A stretch of DNA of 64,000 bases, from the IMG/VR virus record IMGVR_UViG_3300031994_000001, positions 279,799 to 343,798 of that record. The stretch is one strand, 5' to 3'. The translations under genes were made by a program, and so were the position numbers. This document shows, piece after piece, positions 56,010-64,000 of the stretch. The notes beneath the pieces were generated by a model. It worked only from the letters and a program-made list of their open reading frames with translations. It made no database searches and had not been told where the DNA came from. This stretch comes from a virus (lineage: Duplodnaviria; Heunggongvirae; Uroviricota; Caudoviricetes). The first letter of the stretch is position 1. Every line of letters starts with the position of its first letter.

Positions 56010-59000
56010 CTATTTTGTTATACGGTATTTGTCAATCCCGATAAGGGGCCAAATCCTCTTGCACACTTCCTCCGTGTGCGTTATCTTGATTGCATTATAG
56101 AAATTTCTCTCTTTGTCGCGCATACCGTTTGCAACAACCCTCTTGTTGAGATTCCAAAGCGAATCGTTCTGTGAATCCTCCAATGTCGGATAGAACCTGC
56201 TGTTGAAAACCTCCATACCGTTGACCTTGATATTGTGCTTGATGAAATGCGGTCTGTACCAACTCTCGTCACAGTTCAGCACGTACTCATTGCGCATCGT
56301 TTCATTATTGTATGAATCAAACGGGAATATGAAAGGAGGGAAGCAGGAACATCCTGCCATAAACATATTCTTGTGTGACGGTTCTTCGGACAGCGGTATT
56401 TCGACAAACCTATTGCCTCTGTAATCGCCGCCCCTTGAAGAATACACACTCAAACAATCTTGATGACGCTTCGCCTCATTGTAAAGTTCCTCAATGAATG
56501 TAGGCTTGTAGAGAATGTCATCGTCAAGCAGGAAGTTGTAGCAGTTCGGAAAATACTTGAAACAGTTGTAACGCTTGTGACCCTTTGTGTTCTTTTCAAC
56601 CCACATAATGTCGGTGAGCAGATTCTCTTCGATGCACCTGCGTATGTTTTTCGGCAGGTTCTTGTCGTTGTATTCCTCCCTGCAAAGCCAAAGCACAATC
56701 CTGCTCGGATAAAGCGTCTGCTTTTTGAGATTTTTCAACATAGGATACAAACACCAATCGCGCTTAATCCAAGTTGTGATGTTCACGACAATCTCGCCGT
56801 CAAGCAAGTCGGAATAAGTCTTTCCGAATCTCTCATATATGTACTCTCTGAAAAGTTCGTGGCAGCGTTGCAGGTTCGGGGCGTAAACCTCCGAATATGC
56901 GTGCATCTTGTTGATGTCGCTGTTGTCACGCCTATCCTGCATATCAAGACCGTCAAGACCGAATGTGTAACGCTTGCCGTTAAGCAATGCGGCATAGGTA
57001 TAAAGCAAATCGTCATTGCCGAAAAAGTCTATGCCGTATTTGAGAACCACATTCTCGTATAGGTCTTGCAGATAGTCCCCGAAAAACTCCTTTTTCACCA
57101 AAGAGAACGCCCCGTGGTGGGAATACAATCCGCACTCCCATCTGCAATTCTCACCGCCGCCCGTAACGGGTGCGTGCTTGCCGTTGTATTGGTAACGCTC
57201 GTACATTTTCTCAACGAAATTGTTGGGGTATTCAATGTCGTCATCAATACTGATGATAACGTCATTCGGATAGCGTTCAAGCGTTGGGATAATCTTCTTG
57301 TATGTCTTTGTGTTTTCAGCAACCCAATGAATTTCGAACACGCTGTTCTGCTTGCGCACGAGTTCGTATGGCAATTCCTTTTCCTTGCGGGGGAACTCTT
57401 CTGACGAAAGGTTAAGGACAATCTTGTTTGGTCTGATTGTCTGCCGCATCATCAAATCAACAATGTGTGCGCAATTCCAAATACGCTTTTTCCAAGAGGT
57501 GAACGATACCACAATCCTATCGTTTCTGTTGAGCCACTTGGACGGCAAGTCCTCGCAAAGAAACACCTCTTTGCAGGAAGTCGTCACCATTTCGTCAAGT
57601 ATAGGCTTTGATTCCGAAACCGTGTCAATGTAATGTTTATGCTCGGCACGTTTCTGCGACTTTAACCCAAGGTCTTTCGACAGCGTGAGTTTGTTACAGT
57701 TGTCAACCCTCAAATTGTAAAGAGCCTTTTTGATTGTGAATATCTTTATGACTTTGCGAAGCCTTGTGCGCAATTCAGTATCGCCACTCATACGCCAAGG
57801 CATATAGCCACCGTATTTAAGCAACACGCTTTTCTTTATGCAAACACTGCCCTCGGCAAAACAGTTAGTTCCAACAACAGTGTTTTCATCACTGAATCTG
57901 TCCTGCGCATACTTAATCATATCGGCATTCTCCTTCTCGGCGGCGAGCATAACTTCGGAAACCATATCCTCGTACATTCTGTCATCGCTGTCAAAACGGA
58001 GAATCCAATCATACTGCGCTTTTTTCATAATGGTATTGCAGGTGATATATGTACCCACATTTTCGTCCATCATAAAGACGCGCAGGTTTTTGTATTTGTA
58101 CATTATGCCCTTGATTTTGGCAAGCGTGGTCTCGCAGCCGTCAATGCCAATCAAAACCTCCCAATTATCGTTTTCTTTGAGCCAAGACTGCGCGTACACA
58201 GAATCCAAGCATTCTCCAATGTATTTTTCCGTATGCCAAGCGGAAATGCAAATGCTGACACCGAATGTTGAAGACTGTTTCTTTATGACGGGAATTGCCG
58301 TCTGCTTAACAGCCTTGACCGCTTCGGGCGGCGTGTGTTTTATTGCAGGGTTTGAAATGCGTTTAGCACCAGGGCAGATGGCGCGTTCCTGCGGTGTTGA
58401 AAAACTTGCGTTGCCAAGGCTTTTCTTCGGCTCAACAACGGGAATCTCAACCTTTGGCGTTTCAACTGAAACATCTTTCTTTTCCGTTACTGCGGGTTTC
58501 GGCGTTGGCGCGTTCTGTATATTCGGGACGTTCTTTATGATTGGTGTTGTCGGAGGGAAATTCGGTTTTTTCTTGTTTGTTTCAAGAGCCTTGAAATAAG
58601 CATCGAAATACCTTGACTTATCCTCGGTCATCATATTGTACTTGAAATAGAACGCCTTGTTTAGACGAGTCTTTGAACTGCCGTTGCTTCTGCGCTTGTA
58701 CTTTATGTCAATGAACTCCTCCATTGACTTCGTTACATAGTGACGGATATAGCCGACATCGTGCCGTATGTTGGAATCCGTTGTCTGCAACATATACTTC
58801 GCCTCGCTCCCATCGGGATAGCGTATGCCCATCATATAGTCGCAATAATGGACATTCAACATTCTGAATCTGTTGATATTTGTTCTGTAAATCTGCTTGT
58901 AGTATTTGTTGACCTCTCTGTTTTGGCACAGTTCAGTGAACCTCTCCAACACGGGGGCATCCTCGTAACGAAGTTGCTCCGAATCGGAATAGCACAGCCA

Positions 59001-59372
59001 ATGGAAACGGACGGCATTAGCCTTCCTGCACCAATCCTGCGCCAAGAAATCCTTTATCGTGTCGTGGTCATTCAGCGTAAGGAACTCATCAATGTCAAGG
59101 AACATTATCCAATCGTATTCCTTGCCATAAGTCTTGTAACACTCGTTGTACGCCTTGACCTGCATTTCACACGACAACTGATGCCTGCCGCGATAATTGA
59201 CTATCGTGACACGCTCGTCTTTGATGACATCGGAGATTCGTTCCCCGTCAACCTCGTTGTTGTCGTAAATGTAGATATGGTCGAAACCCAATTTGAGGTG
59301 GTAGTCCACCCACTCTTTAATGTATAAATTTTCACACTTCGCAATAGCGCATAAAGAAACTCTCATTTTCAA
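56010..59372 (-). CDS. Multidomain glycosyltransferase (GT92/GT2-like, GT2 and two further GT-A domains)
   Basis: Four DxD-type motifs (DIDE, FDSDD, IDDD, LDDD); Pro/Lys-rich linker; duplicated IVV..T.W.KR..P..IVL.L..EE domain. Confidence 0.85.
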   Translation of the reverse strand: MKMRVSLCAIAKCENLYIKEWVDYHLKLGFDHIYIYDNNEVDGERISDVIKDERVTIVNYRGRHQLSCEMQVKAYNECYKTYGKEYDWIMFLDIDEFLTLNDHDTIKDFLAQDWCRKANAVRFHWLCYSDSEQLRYEDAPVLERFTELCQNREVNKYYKQIYRTNINRFRMLNVHYCDYMMGIRYPDGSEAKYMLQTTDSNIRHDVGYIRHYVTKSMEEFIDIKYKRRSNGSSKTRLNKAFYFKYNMMTEDKSRYFDAYFKALETNKKKPNFPPTTPIIKNVPNIQNAPTPKPAVTEKKDVSVETPKVEIPVVEPKKSLGNASFSTPQERAICPGAKRISNPAIKHTPPEAVKAVKQTAIPVIKKQSSTFGVSICISAWHTEKYIGECLDSVYAQSWLKENDNWEVLIGIDGCETTLAKIKGIMYKYKNLRVFMMDENVGTYITCNTIMKKAQYDWILRFDSDDRMYEDMVSEVMLAAEKENADMIKYAQDRFSDENTVVGTNCFAEGSVCIKKSVLLKYGGYMPWRMSGDTELRTRLRKVIKIFTIKKALYNLRVDNCNKLTLSKDLGLKSQKRAEHKHYIDTVSESKPILDEMVTTSCKEVFLCEDLPSKWLNRNDRIVVSFTSWKKRIWNCAHIVDLMMRQTIRPNKIVLNLSSEEFPRKEKELPYELVRKQNSVFEIHWVAENTKTYKKIIPTLERYPNDVIISIDDDIEYPNNFVEKMYERYQYNGKHAPVTGGGENCRWECGLYSHHGAFSLVKKEFFGDYLQDLYENVVLKYGIDFFGNDDLLYTYAALLNGKRYTFGLDGLDMQDRRDNSDINKMHAYSEVYAPNLQRCHELFREYIYERFGKTYSDLLDGEIVVNITTWIKRDWCLYPMLKNLKKQTLYPSRIVLWLCREEYNDKNLPKNIRRCIEENLLTDIMWVEKNTKGHKRYNCFKYFPNCYNFLLDDDILYKPTFIEELYNEAKRHQDCLSVYSSRGGDYRGNRFVEIPLSEEPSHKNMFMAGCSCFPPFIFPFDSYNNETMRNEYVLNCDESWYRPHFIKHNIKVNGMEVFNSRFYPTLEDSQNDSLWNLNKRVVANGMRDKERNFYNAIKITHTEEVCKRIWPLIGIDKYRITK

Positions 59373-59535
59373 ATGCTTTTAGTACAGAAATATTTATAAA
59401 AAAGCAAAATTGTGGTGGTCTGCAAAAGAGCAGGTTTTATGGATTTAACAAAAGCACGCCATATTCTACCGATTTTTATTGAATCCCTAAATATTGAATT
59501 AAACAAACAGCGTATAAATACCAAAAATTTTAGTA

Positions 59536-60135
59536 ATGAACATAATATGCAACAACTGTGTGGGGGCAAGGCTATATGAGACTACGGGCGTTCAATTCAA
59601 CAACCCGTTTATGTGGTCAATAACAGAACACAAGCATTACATAAACCTCGTGAAAAAATTTGAAAGCATTAACTTCTCAAACGTAAAATTCAGCCTTGAA
59701 TATTACAAGTACAAAGACAGACAAAATGTATTTTGCAACATAGATGATACCATACAAACTCATTTCACCCATTACATATACGACACCAATTTGTCAGAGC
59801 CTACAAAAAGAGGGCTGGACATTATGTACGAAAACATACTGAAATATACAAATGAAAAATACTTCAGCAGACTGTCAAGAATGAATGAAAGTCCAATCTT
59901 TGTGTATTCATTCAACGGGTTCAAATTCAGTGACGAAGAATACGCAAAACGATTCAATGACATACTCAAAATAAAAGACAAACCGATACACATATTGGCA
60001 TACAAATCAAAAGGCGAAAGAGACAACATATCAAACAACATAAAAGTGATTTATCTTGACGATGCCATTCTAAACGGAACAACGGGCAGCGTTGCAAAAA
60101 ATTCATACAAACAAATAATTAACTATGAAGAATAG
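59536..60135 (+). CDS. DUF1919-like polysaccharide-locus protein
   Basis: IICNNCVG..Y......NNPF, HF.HY and RL.RM motifs. Confidence 0.7.
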   Translation: MNIICNNCVGARLYETTGVQFNNPFMWSITEHKHYINLVKKFESINFSNVKFSLEYYKYKDRQNVFCNIDDTIQTHFTHYIYDTNLSEPTKRGLDIMYENILKYTNEKYFSRLSRMNESPIFVYSFNGFKFSDEEYAKRFNDILKIKDKPIHILAYKSKGERDNISNNIKVIYLDDAILNGTTGSVAKNSYKQIINYEE

Positions 60136-61747
60136 CAAGTTAAATGAATACTTTTTCGTATTCGATTCAGACAACTTTGACAAAATCGAACCAAAGGTGT
60201 ACGGATTCACATTAAGCGAAACCGATGGAAAACTGTTTGTTTCAAACAAAACGGAAAACGTAATCGGCGGTTGCTACATATCCGTAGAGAGAAAAAACGA
60301 TGAGGTCTGCATAAAGCAGGACGAACTTTCGTCACTATATATCTATTACTATAATAAAGACGGATATTGGGCAATAAGTAACTCATTCTATGAATTATGC
60401 AAACTGCTCACCGAAAAAGGAAAAAAACTAACGGTCAGAAACCTTTACATAGACCAATATATTCAACAATCTTTGCAAATTCACTCACGAACAAAAAGTA
60501 TGGTTGAAGAAATCAAAATAATGGAATGCTTCCGCGAAATGCACCTTACAAAAAACGGAATATCCATATCAAAAAAAGACGAAAACTTCAACACCATTGA
60601 CCTTTTATCAGAGGAAGGCATCACACTTATTGACGAATGGATTGACAAATGGTCAAGTATAATGAAAGCGTTATGTAACAGTGGAGTCAATGTCCGCATT
60701 GATTTATCTGGCGGTTTCGACAGCAGGGCAATATTCACCCTTTCCCACTATGCGGGTATCAATCTTATGTCAGATAACATAAACGTGTTCTCAAAAATAG
60801 GCAATTCAAAAGGTATGGTAAAACATTTGGATAACGACTATCAAATAGCAGAACAAATTTCAAAACGGCTTGGATTCAAATTAAATGCACAAAATAAAAA
60901 AAATATACCACAAACAATAGATAATAAAGGTGAAACACAATATGAAATTATGCGTAATTTGTTTATGTTTACACATAAAGAGGGATACCATTGTATTGGT
61001 GTAAAAAAATCACCAATAATAACATTTGGAGGAACAAACGGTGAATTAGTAAGACGTAAATTCGATTGGATAACAGATGTAAAAAAACATACAACTGACC
61101 CATTTAGAATATCACAAGATGTAATAGATGAACAAAATAAAGATATAGAGGAATTAAAAAACATATATAAAACAGAAAAAGAAATATTTATAAAAATTTC
61201 TTTAGAAACTGAAGCAAAATCTCATTTTGGTTCATCTATATACAACAACTTTATAGCAAACACATTAGCCATATCACCATTTAGTGACAAAAATCTGTTA
61301 AAATTAAATATTAAAGATGGTATTAATACAAACATTATATTTGCTATAATTATATATAGAACAACACCAGAAATATTTGACATACCATTTTCAAGCAACA
61401 GAAGTTTTGACGATGAAGTAAAGCAACTCGCCGTTGAATTATGCAGCAAATACCCGAAGCAAAAGCATACACGCGATTATGTATGTGAGTTTGACACAAA
61501 CCTCGTCAAACAATTAGATGAAATTGGTGACGGTAAAAAAGGTGAAGATATTATGTACGAGGTATTTTCAAACAACAGAGAATTGTTTGTAAACTACATA
61601 AGCGGCGTTTGGGGCGAACAATATGCCAATGATATATACGACTATGCGGATAAATTCTATCTAAATAAAGACAATTTTTTTCCAAACAAATGGATAACAC
61701 CTTTAACATCCGTAATTGAACTACTGAAACTGATTGAAAACAAATAA
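60125..61747 (+). CDS. Asparagine-synthetase-like adenylating protein (PP-loop)
   Basis: DLSGGFDSR, GGTNGE..R and SPF.D motifs. Confidence 0.65.
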   Translation: MKNSKLNEYFFVFDSDNFDKIEPKVYGFTLSETDGKLFVSNKTENVIGGCYISVERKNDEVCIKQDELSSLYIYYYNKDGYWAISNSFYELCKLLTEKGKKLTVRNLYIDQYIQQSLQIHSRTKSMVEEIKIMECFREMHLTKNGISISKKDENFNTIDLLSEEGITLIDEWIDKWSSIMKALCNSGVNVRIDLSGGFDSRAIFTLSHYAGINLMSDNINVFSKIGNSKGMVKHLDNDYQIAEQISKRLGFKLNAQNKKNIPQTIDNKGETQYEIMRNLFMFTHKEGYHCIGVKKSPIITFGGTNGELVRRKFDWITDVKKHTTDPFRISQDVIDEQNKDIEELKNIYKTEKEIFIKISLETEAKSHFGSSIYNNFIANTLAISPFSDKNLLKLNIKDGINTNIIFAIIIYRTTPEIFDIPFSSNRSFDDEVKQLAVELCSKYPKQKHTRDYVCEFDTNLVKQLDEIGDGKKGEDIMYEVFSNNRELFVNYISGVWGEQYANDIYDYADKFYLNKDNFFPNKWITPLTSVIELLKLIENK

Positions 61748-61778
61748 ACGAAAGACGAAGCATTTGCTTCGCCTTTTC

Positions 61779-63623
61779 TTATCTTATCAATGCCATTATC
61801 TTGTCTATCTGACCGTTCAGTTTGTTTTGAACTTTCTTTCCCTTTTCGTTTCTATCCCTATAACTGCCTTTAGGTTTTGACGGTGTTGACGAATCCGTCT
61901 CATTCGGGTCTTTGACACCGCCCTTAACGTGCATAGGTATATTCTTCCTGCCTTCGGCAATCTGTTTGTAATACTGCTCCAATTCCGCTGTGTTCGGATT
62001 GTCTTTGTCAACATTGCCGAGATACGGAGTGTGGAAGTAACGACCCCTGCCCGCATTGAACATTGATTCAATGTCACCCGCGTCACGGGGCTTTCCGTGT
62101 TTGAGTTGGCAGGTGAACGCAACATTAACGGGGAAGTCGTCATATCCAAGACCCTCGCCCATTTGCATTTCGATTTGGTTGCAGACCATATTGCCCATCA
62201 TAGCGATTGGGTTGAGCGGGTTTCCGATTGTAACGTGCCACATACCCGTAGGCTCGCCCGAAAGCAATGCGTTTGCAGGTTGGGTGACACCGAGTTTACC
62301 GAGTTTTCCGTTGATAAGACCGCCGATAATGTTCTGCAACCCCCCCTTGATGACATTCTTCGCCAAGTTAGCCCATTCCTCAAGGCTCTGCGGGAACTCA
62401 CCGCCGTTCCAACTCTCAATCTGACCCATAACGTGGTCAACAAGACTCTTGCCGTATGCGGCGTAGTCTCCACGGGCGAAAGCGGCAAGGTCGCCAGGCT
62501 GCTTGCCGTAGCCACCGCCGTTGCCATAGTAACGTGTAGCACCGCCCCACCAAGTACCCGTGTTAGTACCCATAAGAATCATATTGCCGATAATGTCAAG
62601 CATAGCGATTTTAGGGTTCACATATTGGAGAGACTTCAACTCGTACTCGAATTTGAGATTGAAGTTCTGCTCAAAGTTCAGACCAATGTCACGGATGTTG
62701 GTTTTCATCACCGTATCAACAGGTCCCTGCGTGTACTTGGAGTATTTGTCCCACGGGTTTATCTGCGCAGCCTGCGCAGCAATGCTCATTTGTTGGGGTG
62801 AATAGTTGTGACCCGAAAGCATACTGAAGAACGTAGCACCCATACCCGCAGCAACCGCGCTGTCGCCTTGTGAATCGTTATGCCATTTAGCACCGATACC
62901 GAAACTTGACGCACCTGGCGTACCGCCCGTAATGGTCTGAATCTCCGAGGTCTGCTCTTTCCAATTCGTACCCCAAGTGAATTTGAGTATATCTTCCATC
63001 TTATTACCCGCAAACTCCGACATATATGTCGTTGCCGTTGCGATAGGAAGTATTGCTGAACGCACATCCATATCGGCGTGTACGTCTTCGGGATAGGCGA
63101 GAACAAACGGAATGTCCGTACAAGGCATACCATAACGCCTCAATGTGATAAGGTAGTTGGGCGGGATATGCTTGTAGTATTTGTTGTAAATGAAGTCTTG
63201 TATCTTGTATCTGCCTGCCTTTATGTTCTCGAAAGCGTCAATGATATTCTTGTATGTGGGTTCTGCGTTAGACCACATAACACCGCCACGGGCAAGACCC
63301 GTATCGAAATTCTTGGTGAGTACGGTTTCGTCACACACACGCATAACGCCGAGCATACCCATATAATCCATAAGCATATGCCTTGCGAATATGCTGAACG
63401 GGGCATAGAGGCGGTCAGTCCTTATGTCATAAAAATCCTTTGAAACGACCTTGCCGTTCTCGTCCTTTGTGTCCATTGTGGTATATGTGTCACCCACAAC
63501 AACACCGCCGTCAGCACCCTTTGACACCATCCAAGTCCAAGTAGGCGCAGACGTACCCGAAACCTCCCACACTTCTGAATAGGGGTTGAACATATCAGCA
63601 TAGGCTTTATCAATGGTACTCAT
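61779..63623 (-). CDS. Putative virion structural (baseplate or tail) protein
   Basis: IPPNYLITLRRY, WHVTIGNPLNPIAMMGN and GYDDFP motifs; lies next to the head completion gene. Confidence 0.55.
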   Translation of the reverse strand: MSTIDKAYADMFNPYSEVWEVSGTSAPTWTWMVSKGADGGVVVGDTYTTMDTKDENGKVVSKDFYDIRTDRLYAPFSIFARHMLMDYMGMLGVMRVCDETVLTKNFDTGLARGGVMWSNAEPTYKNIIDAFENIKAGRYKIQDFIYNKYYKHIPPNYLITLRRYGMPCTDIPFVLAYPEDVHADMDVRSAILPIATATTYMSEFAGNKMEDILKFTWGTNWKEQTSEIQTITGGTPGASSFGIGAKWHNDSQGDSAVAAGMGATFFSMLSGHNYSPQQMSIAAQAAQINPWDKYSKYTQGPVDTVMKTNIRDIGLNFEQNFNLKFEYELKSLQYVNPKIAMLDIIGNMILMGTNTGTWWGGATRYYGNGGGYGKQPGDLAAFARGDYAAYGKSLVDHVMGQIESWNGGEFPQSLEEWANLAKNVIKGGLQNIIGGLINGKLGKLGVTQPANALLSGEPTGMWHVTIGNPLNPIAMMGNMVCNQIEMQMGEGLGYDDFPVNVAFTCQLKHGKPRDAGDIESMFNAGRGRYFHTPYLGNVDKDNPNTAELEQYYKQIAEGRKNIPMHVKGGVKDPNETDSSTPSKPKGSYRDRNEKGKKVQNKLNGQIDKIMALIR

Positions 63624-63639
63624 TCTCTCTCAATATATT

Positions 63640-63999
63640 CTAAAACGACAGTTTGGAATCCTCCGTTATGAACTTGTATTCCATACCGTGCAAATCGCAA
63701 TAGTTGCGGCAAGCCTTCGCCTTCTCCATATTCTTTATGTAGGTCTTGGCTTGGTATCTGTAATTCTCCAACGCTTTCTCGGTTTCGCGTTTCGGTTTCT
63801 TCGGCTCGGTCAAATCCTTCTTCGGCTTGACCTCCGCGATTATCTTCCTAATGCCGTTTTTCGTCTTGTACTCAAAATAGAAGTCGGGAAAATACTCGTG
63901 GTACTTTTCATCGGTGATACTGAAATACGAAATCCGTATGCACTCGCTGCCCCATCTGACAACGGTGGCACACTCATCGAGGAACTTACAAACCTTGTA
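63640..63999 (-). CDS. gp4: Head completion nuclease (gp4/TnsA-like), 5' end outside the window
   Basis: Translated by hand: FLD..VVRWGSE..ISY..YFPDFY..IAEVKP..KFITE. Confidence 0.88.
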   Translation of the reverse strand, partial: YKVCKFLDECATVVRWGSECIRISYFSITDEKYHEYFPDFYFEYKTKNGIRKIIAEVKPKKDLTEPKKPKRETEKALENYRYQAKTYIKNMEKAKACRNYCDLHGMEYKFITEDSKLSF

Positions 64000-64000
64000 C

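Noticed and set aside
63640-63999. Tn7 TnsA transposon
   Set aside because: The fold is shared with T4 gp4, the context is virion genes, and no tnsB or tnsC is visible.
1-64000. TAG-to-Gln recoding as in Lak megaphages
   Set aside because: Long conserved genes are intact in the standard code, and TAG ends genes at their expected ends (pncB at 16442, gp4 at 63640).

Overview
This 64 kb window is a gene-dense segment of a T4-like jumbo or mega-myophage, probably infecting a Bacteroidota host. The host call rests on TAnnTTTG promoters, a FISUMP domain, capsule-locus-type genes and a Bacteroides-type amidase/holin pair. It uses the standard genetic code. Core phage genes are a prohead protease fused to a scaffold, tail sheath, gp5-like baseplate spike, gp4 head completion nuclease, gp46 ATPase, gp55-like late sigma, a second sigma factor and RuvC. 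PolB is split into two genes in reversed order, and only the C-terminal half of the gp41 helicase is present, carrying an atypically split intein. Auxiliary genes include pncA-pncB-Nudix-metK, infA, groES, thioredoxin, RimK and RimB-like proteins, a DNA adenine methyltransferase, a plasmid-type replicase and a late-expressed glycan locus. The most striking pattern is a modular N-terminal tag on more than 20 unrelated ORFs, many behind TATAAATA late promoters. Part A resembles the T4 capsid-targeting sequence and ends in a gp21-type [I/V/L]-x-E cleavage site. Part B (KLNIQPVTKxRL) is unexplained and would become the new N-terminus after cleavage. Together they suggest a system for packaging and delivering diverse cargo proteins. 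All product calls come from recognising motifs by eye; no searches were run.
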